In this document: in pieces, positions 37,706-47,899 of the stretch
Numbering within the stretch: the first letter of the stretch is position 1
Layout: the number at the start of each line of letters is the position of its first letter
NCBI GenBank assembly: GCA_044451945.1
Contig: JBIOKR010000004.1
Location: forward strand, 23,454-87,453
Direction of reading: 5' to 3'
DNA from: Candidatus Lutacidiplasmatales archaeon
GTDB lineage: Archaea; Thermoplasmatota; Thermoplasmata; Lutacidiplasmatales; UBA184
Length of the DNA: 64,000 nucleotides
Notes under the pieces: model-generated
Told to the model about the DNA's origin: nothing
The model's database searches: none
Seen by the model: only the letters and a program-made list of their open reading frames with translations
Made by a program: the position numbers and the translations under genes

Positions 37706-39967
37706 GTGGCTGACTTTCCCCCCGCAGTCATCCGGGCACTGAGCGGTCTCGCCGACGGGAGCGGCCGCACCCTAGTGATCGCCGGTCCGCCGACCAGCGG
37801 CAAGAGCGATCTCTTGAGCCGTGTCCGTGGGCAACTCACCGCGCGCGGGGCTCGGATCGTCACCCTGAGGGGGAGCTACCGGGACCGGTCGACCCCATAC
37901 TCGGGGCTCGCCGGCCTCTCCCCGAGCGTTCCCGGATTCGGCGAGCCGGGATCGAAGGAGTCGCCGGGCGCTGCGCCTCCGGAACCCACGGAGGAGCCGG
38001 AGGCCCCCGTCCAGGTCCCGATCGCCGGGATCGCCTACGCCCAGGACGACAACCTGCCGAGCCGCCGGGGTCGCGGCGCCCCTCAGCGCATGACGTTCAT
38101 GGGAGTCACCTACTCGGCCCGACGCCGGGGCGCCCAAGAGGTGAACCCGGCGGAGTACTGGGCGGAGCTCACGGCCGAGTTCCGCGCCGCCCAGCCGCAC
38201 CCGGTGGCGATCCTGGTCGAGGACGCCTCCCTGCTCGACTTCGACAGCCGGGACGTCCTACTGTATCTCTCCGACCGGGCGCGGCTCGTCCCGCTCGTCC
38301 TCATCTTTGTGCTCGACATCTCCTTGCCCGTCTTCGGCGCCTGGGAGGAGCGCCTCCTCGGCCGGGGCGACGTCGACTGGGTCCGATTCGACCAGTCGAA
38401 GCCCGACCCCCGGGAGGCCCACCGGATCAAGACGACCTTCGAGACGCTCCCCCCCGAGAGCCAACGGGTGCTCGGCTACGCCGCCCTGATGGGCGGGGTC
38501 CTGAGCGAGGTCAGCTTGAGCCGGGTCACTCGGCTATCCTGGAGCCAGCTCGCCGATGCGCTGGCCCCCGTCACCGAAGCCGGGCTGCTCAAGGTCCAGA
38601 TGGACAAGGTGACGATCCCCCACCAGGTCTGGCTTCCGCTTCTCCCCGAGCTGTTCACGGATAAGCAGCGCAAGGAGATGCACCGCGACATTGCCGATGC
38701 CCTGGCCGCGCTTAGCCCGGAACCGAGCCTTGAGCGTCGGCGCGAGCTCGCCGAGCACTACCTGCTCGGGGAGGCGGGTCCGGTCGCCCTGAGGTACCTG
38801 CTCGAGACGGCGGAGCTTACCGAGCGGCTGATGGCGTTCGATTCGGCGGAGGAGCTTCTTGAGAAGGCGATCCGCTGCGTGCCTTCCCTACCCCCGGCGG
38901 CCCGCGCGCTTGCCGACGCCGAGCTCAGGATCCTTCACGCGCGCACGCTTCTCTACTCCGGCCGCCCTTCGGAGGGGGAGCGGGAGCTCCACGAGGGCGT
39001 CACCCTCGCCCTCAACGCCAAGGTGGGCCGCGAGACCCTCGAGGAGTGGATTGAACCGATGGTCCCGGCGCTGTCGGCCGTCGGCCCGCGGCCGTCCCTG
39101 ATGACGGCCCTCGTCGAGATCGCCGACCGCTGCCACGACGCCGGTGCGGCGACCGGGGAGATCCTCTTCCAGTCGGTGATCGCCGAGTTCGAGGTCGACC
39201 GGGGGCGATCGGACAAATCCCGCGTGGAAGCCCATCGTGCGGCCCGCCTGGCCCGTGCGACCGGCTACGGCCCGTCCCAGGCGCTCGCACTGCTCGCCGT
39301 CGCCCTCTCCCGGGTCGGCGGAAACCCGGACGAGCGGGAGATGGCCGCGCGCTTCCTGGACTCCGCTCAGATCCTGCTTTCCGAGGCCCGCCGGCACTCC
39401 CTCGCCCAACACGTCGAGGAGGTCCAGGTCCGCCTGAACACCGCCGATGGGGAGCTCGGGCGCGCCCGCCACGCGCGCGAGCGGCTCATTCCGGTCGCCC
39501 AACGCTCCCGGCAACCGGTCATCGAACTCTACCACCAGCTCGGGCTCGCCGAGCTTCTCCTCGACGCGAAGGACATAGAGCATGCGGCCGCTCCGCTGAA
39601 ACGCGCCACCGAGATCTGCGAGACGCTCCACCTCCTCCCCCCGTCCCTTGCTCTGCTTCGCTGCTGGCTACTGCAGGGGCGGATGCATGCCTTGACCGAC
39701 CAGCCCGACCGGGCCCGGGACTACTGGGAAGCGATCGTCGAGCGGCCCCACGCCAATCAGGTCCCGTCGTTGCGAGCCGAGGCGCTCCTCCGTTTGGCCA
39801 TGATCGAGGTCGCCTCCGGCCACGAGGAGGCGGCGCAGCACCACGTGAAGCGGCTACGCGCCCGAGAGCTCGCCGGAGCGATCCGGCTGACCTGGGCGCT
39901 CACGCTGAGCGAAATGCGGGACTTGAACCCGTCCCCGGCGACCTCCGGCGGACCGTTGCCCCGCTGA
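37706..39967 (+). CDS. AAA_16/STAND-like P-loop NTPase with wHTH-like and TPR regions, no N-terminal effector
   Basis: GPPTSGKS Walker A, ILVEDASLLD Walker B-like, long helical repeats. Confidence 0.8.
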   Translation: MADFPPAVIRALSGLADGSGRTLVIAGPPTSGKSDLLSRVRGQLTARGARIVTLRGSYRDRSTPYSGLAGLSPSVPGFGEPGSKESPGAAPPEPTEEPEAPVQVPIAGIAYAQDDNLPSRRGRGAPQRMTFMGVTYSARRRGAQEVNPAEYWAELTAEFRAAQPHPVAILVEDASLLDFDSRDVLLYLSDRARLVPLVLIFVLDISLPVFGAWEERLLGRGDVDWVRFDQSKPDPREAHRIKTTFETLPPESQRVLGYAALMGGVLSEVSLSRVTRLSWSQLADALAPVTEAGLLKVQMDKVTIPHQVWLPLLPELFTDKQRKEMHRDIADALAALSPEPSLERRRELAEHYLLGEAGPVALRYLLETAELTERLMAFDSAEELLEKAIRCVPSLPPAARALADAELRILHARTLLYSGRPSEGERELHEGVTLALNAKVGRETLEEWIEPMVPALSAVGPRPSLMTALVEIADRCHDAGAATGEILFQSVIAEFEVDRGRSDKSRVEAHRAARLARATGYGPSQALALLAVALSRVGGNPDEREMAARFLDSAQILLSEARRHSLAQHVEEVQVRLNTADGELGRARHARERLIPVAQRSRQPVIELYHQLGLAELLLDAKDIEHAAAPLKRATEICETLHLLPPSLALLRCWLLQGRMHALTDQPDRARDYWEAIVERPHANQVPSLRAEALLRLAMIEVASGHEEAAQHHVKRLRARELAGAIRLTWALTLSEMRDLNPSPATSGGPLPR

Positions 39968-39989
39968 GCCGCCCGGAGGGGCCGTTCGC

Positions 39990-40592
39990 TCAACCGAAAG
40001 GCAGCGCGAACGCGCTCGGGAAGAGGGCGTAGACGATCGTCAGCACGCCGACCGCGGCGAGGATCACGATGACCAGGCGCTCGAGGCGCTTCGGCTCGAC
40101 ACGGGCACCGAGGCGCGAGCCGATCACGCAGGCGGTCGCCGCGACCGAGGCGAGCGCGAGACCGGCGGCGAGTCCCACCACGACCGGGTCGGCGAGCGTC
40201 CCGACGAAGACGATGGTGAAGACCATCGTGGTGTCCCCCAGCTCGAGCAGGAAGATCGCGAGGAAGGCGGTCGCCCACACCGACCGGCCGGACGGGGGCT
40301 TGCGCTCGGACTCCGGCACGATCGCGAGGTACCCCGCGTAGGCGAGGAGGAACGCTCCGCCGCCGAGCCGGAGGTACAGGACGTGCCCGCCCAGCGCGGC
40401 GAGCACGCTCGTGCCGATGGCGACCGAGAGCGCGGTGGTGAGCGCGAAGCCGGCCGCGGCACCGGCCCAGACCGAAAGCGGCGGGTTTCGGGAGGCGAGC
40501 CCGATGAGGGCGAAGTTGGTCCGGTCGATGAGCTCGGTCGAGGCGATGACCACGAACACGAGGGCGAACTCGAAGAGCGGCCCGGTGCCCAT
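39990..40592 (-). CDS. TMEM165/GDT1 (UPF0016) family cation/H+ antiporter
   Basis: Two copies of the E-x-(G)-D-x-T motif (TELIDRT, LELGDTT), six hydrophobic helices. Confidence 0.85.
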   Translation of the reverse strand: MGTGPLFEFALVFVVIASTELIDRTNFALIGLASRNPPLSVWAGAAAGFALTTALSVAIGTSVLAALGGHVLYLRLGGGAFLLAYAGYLAIVPESERKPPSGRSVWATAFLAIFLLELGDTTMVFTIVFVGTLADPVVVGLAAGLALASVAATACVIGSRLGARVEPKRLERLVIVILAAVGVLTIVYALFPSAFALPFG

Positions 40593-40604
40593 GCGATCGG
40601 TCGC

Positions 40605-41063
40605 CTACAGAAGGTGGGGGAGGAACTCCTCGACCAGTCGCTCGCAGTAGACGCATCGAAGAGCGACCGGACGGCGGCGGGCGACTTCGAACTCGCTCTC
40701 GACCGGCTCGTTCTGGTTGGAGATGCACGACGGGTTCGGGCAGCGGACCACGCCGGCGATCCGGTCCGGAAGGTCGAGCGGTCGCTTGTCCCGGACCTTG
40801 AAGTCGCGGATAATTGAGATCGTCGCGGTCGGTGCGATCAGGGCGACCGCGTTGACCTTGCGCGGGGAGAGCTCCATGTTCTCGACCTTGACGATATCCT
40901 TCCAGCCGAGCTTCTGGCTGCGCACGTGCAGCGCGAGCGAGAGCGTCGAGTCCTTGTCGAGGTCGCGGACGCCGAGGATCTTCAGCACCTCGAGGGCGAG
41001 ACCGTTCGGAATGTGGTCGATGACGGTGCCGTTCCTGATCGGCGTGATCTTGAGCTCCCGCAT
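40605..41063 (-). CDS. pyrI: Aspartate carbamoyltransferase regulatory subunit
   Basis: IRNGTVIDHI, KDIVKVE, IAPTATISII, CPNPSCIS, CVYCE. Confidence 0.97.
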   Translation of the reverse strand: MRELKITPIRNGTVIDHIPNGLALEVLKILGVRDLDKDSTLSLALHVRSQKLGWKDIVKVENMELSPRKVNAVALIAPTATISIIRDFKVRDKRPLDLPDRIAGVVRCPNPSCISNQNEPVESEFEVARRRPVALRCVYCERLVEEFLPHLL

Positions 41064-41077
41064 CGCTCCCTCCCTCA

Positions 41078-42010
41078 CTACGCCGCCTTCCCGTTCAGCA
41101 CGAAGGAGAGCAGCGCCATCCGGACCGGGACGCCGAGGAACGCCTGGCGGAAGTAGGCGGCGTGGGGCGTGGCGTCGACCTCGGGAGCGACCTCGCCGGT
41201 GCGCGGCAGCGGGTGCATGACGATGAGCCGCGGCTTCGCCCCGGAGAGGACCTGGTTGTCGACCCGGTAGGAGCCGCCGACCTTCGCGTACTCCGCCTCG
41301 TCGACGAACCGCTCCTTCTGGATGCGCGTCACGTACAGGACATCCGCCTCGCGGATCGCCTTGTGCATCTGCTCTTCCTCCCGGACCTTCGCTCCGAGCC
41401 GGTCGAGGTCGCTTCGGATCTCCTCGGGCAGCGAGAGGGCACGGGGTGAGGAGAGGACGAGCTCTGCCCCGAAGAGGGCGAGCGCGTGGGCGAGCGAGTG
41501 CACCGTGCGTCCGTACTTCAGGTCCCCGAGCAGCACGACGCGTAGCCCGCTCAGCGTGCCGAACGCCTCGTGCATGGTCGCTAGGTCGAGGAGGGTCTGG
41601 GAAGGGTGCTGGCCGGCGCCGTCCCCGGCGTTGATCACCGGCTTGTCCGACGCCTGGGCCGCGAGCCGCCCGGCTCCTTCGTTCGGATGACGAAGGACGA
41701 TCGCGTCGCCGTACGAGGAGAGCATGCGGATCGTGTCGTGCAGGCTCTCGCCCTTTCGCATGGAGCTCGCCGCCGGGTCGGCGATCGTGATCGACCGTCC
41801 CCCCAGGCGAAGCACCGCCGTCTCGAAGGAGAGGCGCGTCCGGGTGCTCGGTTCGAAGAAGGCGAGGACGAGGAGCTTTCCGGAAAGCTGGTTGCCCTGT
41901 TTGGTCCCCTCGGCGTAGGGGATCATCCGTCGGGCGCCCTTGAGGACCTCCTCGATCTCCTCTCGGGAGAGGTCGCGAATGGAGATCAGGTCGCGGCCCT
42001 TGAGCCCCAT
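41078..42010 (-). CDS. pyrB: Aspartate carbamoyltransferase catalytic subunit
   Basis: FFEPSTRTRLSFE, KGESLHDT, NAGDGAGQHPSQTLLD, YVTRIQKER, MHPLPR. Confidence 0.98.
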   Translation of the reverse strand: MGLKGRDLISIRDLSREEIEEVLKGARRMIPYAEGTKQGNQLSGKLLVLAFFEPSTRTRLSFETAVLRLGGRSITIADPAASSMRKGESLHDTIRMLSSYGDAIVLRHPNEGAGRLAAQASDKPVINAGDGAGQHPSQTLLDLATMHEAFGTLSGLRVVLLGDLKYGRTVHSLAHALALFGAELVLSSPRALSLPEEIRSDLDRLGAKVREEEQMHKAIREADVLYVTRIQKERFVDEAEYAKVGGSYRVDNQVLSGAKPRLIVMHPLPRTGEVAPEVDATPHAAYFRQAFLGVPVRMALLSFVLNGKAA

Positions 42011-42135
42011 CCGTTCGCCCGAGCCGGGAGACCGACATAACCGTTCGCGGTCGGGTGGACTGCGCTCGGGCCCGCGGAGGCGGGTGGGCAGAGGTGCCCG
42101 GATAGCGCTATTGGGCCGCGTCGCGGCGGAGAAGC

Positions 42136-43053
42136 GTGCCCCCTCGGAGCTCGCGAGGGCTAACCGTCCTACTTTTCGGCGGGATGGTCACGGCCTGGGG
42201 CCTCAACTACGTGTTCGTCCGGGAAGGGCTGGCGTTCAGCGCCCCCCTCTGGCTGGCCTTCCTGCGTTCCGGTATCGGAGCGGTCGGCGTGGCCGTCTAC
42301 GTCGGTTCCATGGGACCCGGGTCGAAGCTCGACCCTGCCGGTCGGCGGGACGCCCTGCTCCTAGGCCTACCGAACACGGCGGTGTTCTTCGGCCTCTGGT
42401 TCGTCGCCGCCGCCGCGGTGGCGCCCGGGATCGCCGCGGTGGTCGTCTACACCTTCCCTCTGTGGGTTGCCCTGCTGTCGCCCTCGGTGCTGGGCCATCG
42501 CTTGGGGCTCTGGCAGGCGCTCGCCGTCGCGTCCGGCTTTCTCGGCGTGGTCTTGGTGTCCCAGCCCTGGGCGAACGGAGGGGCCGTGCCTCCCTGGGCG
42601 GTGGCCGCGCTCCTCGTGGGAGCGCTCAGCTGGGCCGCTGGAACCGTCCTCTTCCAGCGCCGCTTCCGCGGGGAGGAGATGCGGGTCGCCAACGCGTATC
42701 AGCTCGCGGGCGGCAGCCTTGCCCTGTTCGTGGCGGCCACCGTGCTGGAAGCCCACTCCCTCCCGCAGCCCGGCCTCCCGCTGCTCACGGTCGCGCTCTA
42801 CCTCGGCCTCGTCGGGACCTCCTTTGGTTACGGGGTCTGGTTCCTCCTGCTCGCACGGATCCCCGCTCCGACCTTGAGCGGGTACGTGTTCGTCGTACCG
42901 GTGGTGGCGCTCGTCGCCTCGTTCGCGGTGTTCAGGGACACGGTCAGCGGAGTCCAAGCCGCCGGAGTGGCGCTGGTGCTCGTGAGCGTCTACGGAAGTG
43001 CCCGCGCAGCGGGGGCGTTCGAAGGGCGCCCGGGACTCAAGGGAGCCGCGTGA
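42136..43053 (+). CDS. DMT/EamA family transporter
   Basis: Ten hydrophobic helices in two repeats, WGLNY near the N-terminus. Confidence 0.9.
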   Translation: MPPRSSRGLTVLLFGGMVTAWGLNYVFVREGLAFSAPLWLAFLRSGIGAVGVAVYVGSMGPGSKLDPAGRRDALLLGLPNTAVFFGLWFVAAAAVAPGIAAVVVYTFPLWVALLSPSVLGHRLGLWQALAVASGFLGVVLVSQPWANGGAVPPWAVAALLVGALSWAAGTVLFQRRFRGEEMRVANAYQLAGGSLALFVAATVLEAHSLPQPGLPLLTVALYLGLVGTSFGYGVWFLLLARIPAPTLSGYVFVVPVVALVASFAVFRDTVSGVQAAGVALVLVSVYGSARAAGAFEGRPGLKGAA

Positions 43054-43054
43054 T

Positions 43055-43933
43055 TCAACTGACGATGATCGAACGGAGGATAGCTCCGCGTCCCAGGGTG
43101 GCGAAGTTGAGCTCGGCGTGCCCGATCCCGCCTCCCAGGAGCGTCGCGTGCAGGGTGCGGAACTCCGATTCGGCGGCCCCCGAGAGGGTCATGATGAGCC
43201 AGTAGTGGTCGGTCGAGACCACGCCGGTGACGTTGAACCAATTGGCGATGGTCTGGTCGACGCGGGTGGTTCCGGGGTTCGAGCTCGAGTAATTGAAGAA
43301 GACGCTGGTGTGCTCGTTCTCGGCGATCGACGCGTTCGATACCCCGACCCAAAAGTTCGTGGGATAGCTCGTCGCGCCACTCGTGGCATCGTAGAGGGTT
43401 GCGTACTCATCGAGGTAGGACTGGACGACCTGCAGGCAGTAGGATATCGTCGCCGACAGGTTCAGCACGCAGGTTCCGAGGCGGGCGGTGGCCTTCAGCG
43501 TGGCGTTGAAGTGCCAGTTCGCGACGACGCTGTGCGACCCGTTACCCGAGAAGCTGATCGGCACCATTACGATGAGCGACGACTGCGCGGAGACCGCGTT
43601 GTCGCCGGGCAAGGAGCATCTCGCCGTTGCGGCCACGTCCGAGAACCCGGCGGTCCCGTTCTTCTGCAGGAAAAAGGGTAGCTTCGTGACCTTGCCTTTC
43701 GCGCAGCCGGCCAAGCTCAATCCGTAGGCGCGATCGGTGTGTGTGTGCTTGTACGGCGCCGTCAGGGTGACCGAGGCGGGTTGGGCGGCGTAGGCGAGTT
43801 GAGTGAGCGAGAGGATCAAGGCGACTCCCATGCTGGTGGCGCCGGCGAGCCCCGACGCGGCGCGGCTGTGCGGCAACCGTCGTCCCCGCGAATGGCCCCT
43901 CCCGCGATAGGTAGCGGGTCGTGCGGCGAACAT
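43055..43933 (-). CDS. Secreted beta-rich protein, APYKG-family member 2
   Basis: Basic n-region, signal ending AYA, TLTAPYKH, GCA...C, C-x10-C loop, LNFATLGRGAILRSIIVS*. TATATA at 43997-44002. Confidence 0.78.
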   Translation of the reverse strand: MFAARPATYRGRGHSRGRRLPHSRAASGLAGATSMGVALILSLTQLAYAAQPASVTLTAPYKHTHTDRAYGLSLAGCAKGKVTKLPFFLQKNGTAGFSDVAATARCSLPGDNAVSAQSSLIVMVPISFSGNGSHSVVANWHFNATLKATARLGTCVLNLSATISYCLQVVQSYLDEYATLYDATSGATSYPTNFWVGVSNASIAENEHTSVFFNYSSSNPGTTRVDQTIANWFNVTGVVSTDHYWLIMTLSGAAESEFRTLHATLLGGGIGHAELNFATLGRGAILRSIIVS

Positions 43934-44098
43934 CTCTTCCTCTCTGGTGCAGGGCGACGGCGGTCGCGCCGTCCGGCTGTCGGACCTTTCTCCCGGTATA
44001 TAGCGCCCGCCGCGGCGGCGGTCACGGCCGCCGACCGGCGAGACCTGGTCTTCCTTCATTTCGGGGGAGATTCCACGGGCTCGAGAGCGAGGGATGAA

Positions 44099-46210
44099 CT
44101 AGGCAACGGCCCGTGTCGGAGCCTGGGTCACGGGAGAGCCGGCTTTCGGATCGGGAAGCTCTGCGGCGCGCCTACCCTCCTCGGCCTCTGAAGCTTTCCG
44201 GGGAACGGCCACGGCGTAGGTGCTCGGGATCAACATGTCGGCCCGGACGGGGGAGTCATGGCCGATCCCTCGGGTGGTGACCTCGAAATAGATCGGGGCG
44301 GCGTACTTGTTTCCCTCGAAGGCGCGCAGGACGAACTGGTAGGTGGTTCCGGGAATCAGGCCGTAGATGGAGGAATTCGATTGCGCCCGAGTGATCCTCA
44401 GGTCGCTCCAGGCCCCGGCCCCGTCGACCGGCCGGAAGGAGATCAGAAAGCCCGCGTACGCGGCCCCGCCGTGGGGCGGGAGCCAGACGAGATTCACCGC
44501 ATTCGAGCCGGCCCGCGCCCCGGGATGCGCGGCGGCACGCGGCGCGGCCGACGGTTGGAGCGGGATCGGGTAGCTTGCTGTCGCCCATCCGTTGAAGTTC
44601 ATCGGGGATCGCGGGGTCGCGTTGAAGTCGAAGTACTCGAGAGGGAGGGGAGCCTGGATGATGACCGGCAGCTGGAAGCGCCATTCGACCAGGCGCAGGA
44701 ACGACTGGAAGTACTCCGTCTGATTGCTCACGAAGCTTTCCGGCGTGTACGGGCTCACGACGAGGAGCGGCACCCGAAAGCCGAGCCCGTAGCCATCGAG
44801 CCTTGGTGGCGCCACGTGGTCGTAGAATCCCCCGTACTCGTCCCACGTGACGAACATCGCGGTCGAGTTCCAGTCCTGGGAGTTCTCGAGGCCGTTGACC
44901 AGCGAGGCGATCCAGTTCTGTCCGCCCGCGGGGGAGACCGGTGGGTGGTCGGACTCGGCACAGGTCGGGATCACCCAGGAGACGTTGGGAAGCGTTCCAT
45001 TGGACAGGTCGGTGAAGATCTGGTTGTTGTTGACGAAATGGCTGGCGAGGCTCGTGTTGTAGTTCTGCGCTTGCGCGGCGAGCGGGTTCCAGTAGTTGAA
45101 CGTCCCGTTCGTCGTGACGTGCGAACCGGTGCCGCTCCCCCGGCACTCGCCGCCCGCCGGGGTGCCGACCGCTTGGGAGTAGTTGAGCAGGGGGTAATCG
45201 TAGTACTTCCAGCTCACCGAGGTGTTCGCGAAGGCGTTGAGGATGGTCGGAGTCTGGTTGGACTCGTTCAGGTAGCGGATCTGCGGCACCGCGAGACCCC
45301 CGAGGGTCTGCTTGAGGCCATTTCGCTCCGAAATGGTCGGCGGTGTCTGGGAGACGACCCCCCAGTGGTTCGGCAATGAGTAGGCGAGCGAGGTGGAGAA
45401 CCACTGGTCGCCGAGACCGTACTCTTCGGCGAGGTCCCAGTAGGTAGGGATCGTGGTGCCGTTGTAATGCCCGAACGCCTGGGGGTTCGCCTTCTCCGCC
45501 TTCCAGAATCCGTCCATGAAGCCCCGGTCGAGGGCCTTGTGCGACGAGAGCCAAGTGTGGGGGGGGTCGGTGGTTACCGAGTTGATCGCCGGGTAGTTGT
45601 ACGGCACGATGCAGCCGATGGAGAGATTGGAATGGACCTTGGGAACGCAGGTGCCTCCGGGAATCCCGGAGGCGTTGAACGAGCAATAGACCCCTACGGT
45701 GAGACAGTACGTACCGAAGTAGTTGTCATAGGCGTGATTCTCGAGGACGACGAAGATGAAATGCGAGATCGGCACGGAAGAGACCGACCAGTTGGAGCCC
45801 GTGGAGTTGTGGCCCCCGGAATTGTTCCCCCCGGTACCGTTGCCGCCGGAGTTGTTCCCCCCGGTACCGTTGCCCCCGGAGTTGTTCCCCCCGGTACCGT
45901 TGCCTCCGGAGTTGTTTCCCCCCGTGCCGTTGCCGCCGGAGTTGTTCCCCCCGGTGCCGTTGCCGCCGGTACCATTTCCACCCGACGTGTTCCCGCCGCT
46001 GGAGTTGCCGCCCGAGCTGTTCCCTCCCGACACGTTCCCGCCGCTCGAATTCCCACTGGAGCTGTTGTTGCCAAAGGGGATCGGATAGAACGGATGGTTG
46101 CGAAGGTAAGGTCCCTGGGCGAGTGGAGGAAGCGGCGCGATCAGAACGAGGGACAAGCCGGCGAGAGCGCCTAACGCGACGATGCGTTCCGCCCGCCTGC
46201 CTAGGCGCAT
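44099..46210 (-). CDS. Secreted phospholipase C/acid phosphatase (phosphoesterase family) with an N-terminal Gly/Asn repeat and a C-terminal FN3-like domain
   Basis: [51 protein letters not shown]3-like LVWLPP...Y.FVLRAF. ATG 46210 is preferred over the ORF-track start 46591. Confidence 0.88.
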   Translation of the reverse strand: MRLGRRAERIVALGALAGLSLVLIAPLPPLAQGPYLRNHPFYPIPFGNNSSSGNSSGGNVSGGNSSGGNSSGGNTSGGNGTGGNGTGGNNSGGNGTGGNNSGGNGTGGNNSGGNGTGGNNSGGNGTGGNNSGGHNSTGSNWSVSSVPISHFIFVVLENHAYDNYFGTYCLTVGVYCSFNASGIPGGTCVPKVHSNLSIGCIVPYNYPAINSVTTDPPHTWLSSHKALDRGFMDGFWKAEKANPQAFGHYNGTTIPTYWDLAEEYGLGDQWFSTSLAYSLPNHWGVVSQTPPTISERNGLKQTLGGLAVPQIRYLNESNQTPTILNAFANTSVSWKYYDYPLLNYSQAVGTPAGGECRGSGTGSHVTTNGTFNYWNPLAAQAQNYNTSLASHFVNNNQIFTDLSNGTLPNVSWVIPTCAESDHPPVSPAGGQNWIASLVNGLENSQDWNSTAMFVTWDEYGGFYDHVAPPRLDGYGLGFRVPLLVVSPYTPESFVSNQTEYFQSFLRLVEWRFQLPVIIQAPLPLEYFDFNATPRSPMNFNGWATASYPIPLQPSAAPRAAAHPGARAGSNAVNLVWLPPHGGAAYAGFLISFRPVDGAGAWSDLRITRAQSNSSIYGLIPGTTYQFVLRAFEGNKYAAPIYFEVTTRGIGHDSPVRADMLIPSTYAVAVPRKASEAEEGRRAAELPDPKAGSPVTQAPTRAVA
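45787..46072 (-). repeat. In-frame 15/30-bp tandem repeat encoding ([10 protein letters not shown])n
   Basis: Near-identical 30-bp units such as CCGGTACCGTTGCCGCCGGAGTTGTTCCCC. Protein reads GGNxS/T pentapeptides. Confidence 0.9.
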
Positions 46211-46548
46211 GAACTCCCGGAAGCCTCGCAGGCCGGAGACCGAGGGGCAAGATAATGACGCCGGAGCCGCCGGTGGCTTGCCCGAAGCGACGCGCCCTTT
46301 TCGAGCCGGTTTCTTGTCTCGCGAGAGCTCTCCGGTTGAGCCTTCATACTCCACCGACGGAATCGTTCGAATGACGGTGTTTACGGTGATGCCGTGGCCG
46401 TTCCGTTCGGGTCTCGGAAGTTCTATTACCCATGGCCCAGATGGGCGAGCCTCCCGTTGGTGCGACGGCCTAATGGGCTTCGCCCTCGGAAGACAAAAAG
46501 GGGATGGATAAAGTGGACCTTGGGAAGAGAACGTTTTTGGGACGTGGC

Positions 46549-47445
46549 ATGAAAAGCGTGACGTTGGGAGCGGGGGCGGTCGGTATCGCACTCATCATGC
46601 TGCTATCTCCGATGGCCGGCGCAAGCGCGCCCCGCGTGGGGTTCAAGGGCGCCGTCTATCAGGTCTCCCTCAGCCAGAGCAACTCGGGCTGCGGGACGAT
46701 CAAGGCGAGCTACCCGACATGGTCGGCGCTTACCGGCGCGGCACACTGGAAGTCGAGTGCGGTTTCCAAGAGCTGCTCTAGCGTCTACGGCACCGTCGGC
46801 TCGAGCTCCGCGGCTTCGTCGAGCGGGTCGATCGAGGTCGCCGCCCCGGTGAAGATGGTCTCGGGCGTCGGCGGCGTCAACGTCAGCTGGGCACTCGCCG
46901 TCGCCTGGGCCGTCGCCGCGAAGGTCGGCCCCTCCGGGGTCTGCCCCGGCTATTCCTACAACTACAGCTACTACTACTCGTACTACAACAGCTGGATCAA
47001 CTACAGCGACAGCTACTCGTACTGCTCGGTCGACGCCTCCCTCTCGATCAGCGCGTCCGTCTACCTCGTCGATCTCTCGACGAGCGCGACCTACTACCCG
47101 TCGAACTACTGGTCCGGGCTCAACAAGGGCTTCGACACCTACAACGACACCTCGACGACGGTGGAGACCTGGTCCAACTCGTCGTACTGGCAGAACAACT
47201 ACACCTCCTGGTACACGAACGGCTACCGCAGCGGCTCGACCGGCTCGGGAACCCTGGGCGCTTCGAGCTCTCCCCAGTTCTTCATCAACGGGACGTTCGT
47301 CGGGACCGACAAGTACGCGATCATCGCGACCTTCAGTGCGTACACCAACTCGAATGTCAACGGCATGAAGAAGTCCATGGCGTCCGCGATGGTGGACTTC
47401 GCGAGCACGGGACTAGGGGCCGACCTACAGGCGGTCGTCTGGTAA
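46549..47445 (+). CDS. Secreted beta-rich protein, APYKG-family member 3
   Basis: Signal ending MAGA, VGFKGA, SGCG...C, Tyr-rich C-x26-C loop, [18 protein letters not shown]. Confidence 0.78.
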   Translation: MKSVTLGAGAVGIALIMLLSPMAGASAPRVGFKGAVYQVSLSQSNSGCGTIKASYPTWSALTGAAHWKSSAVSKSCSSVYGTVGSSSAASSSGSIEVAAPVKMVSGVGGVNVSWALAVAWAVAAKVGPSGVCPGYSYNYSYYYSYYNSWINYSDSYSYCSVDASLSISASVYLVDLSTSATYYPSNYWSGLNKGFDTYNDTSTTVETWSNSSYWQNNYTSWYTNGYRSGSTGSGTLGASSSPQFFINGTFVGTDKYAIIATFSAYTNSNVNGMKKSMASAMVDFASTGLGADLQAVVW

Positions 47446-47476
47446 GACGCGGCGAGCGATCAGCCGAACCCGTTCC

Positions 47477-47496
47477 GGGGGAGGAAACCCTCCCCC
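47477..47496. terminator. Hairpin between convergent genes
   Basis: GGGGGAGG-AAAC-CCTCCCCC, a perfect 8-bp stem 31 nt after the stop of 46549-47445. Confidence 0.45.
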
Positions 47497-47899
47497 GCGC
47501 CCACCTATCCTCCGGGCGTCCCCCGCTTGCCATTCGCCGGCAGGATCCCTCGCCGCCGGGGAGCTTTGGGCATTCCACGGCGGGCGATCTACCCCCTCTG
47601 CGAAAGAGATGCAGGACGTCGCCCAACCGAGAGCGACAATTCCAACGAACCGGACCGGTGGTCCTCTGGCGCCCGGTGTCGTCGGATAGGGCCGCAGCCC
47701 CCGGGAACCGGCGGCCATATCGGCCCGATCCCCGAGGATGTCCCGCCGCAGAACACTGCAAGAACCCACGGATTTAGCCGGGGACCTCGAATGGGAGCGC
47801 CTGAGCTGGTGATCGAGTAGCGGTCCGCGAAACTTCGGGGAAGCGGTTCGGGATTCGCACGCAAATCCGCCCGGACGAAGGCTAGCCGGCCGGCCGATC

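Noticed and set aside
33001-39967. Avs-type antiviral STAND system
   Set aside because: There is no nuclease, protease, TIR, Sir2 or TM effector, and the neighbourhood is not a defence island. A defence role is not excluded but is unsupported.
45787-46072. CRISPR array
   Set aside because: The repeats are contiguous, in frame within a CDS and have no unique spacers. No cas genes are present.
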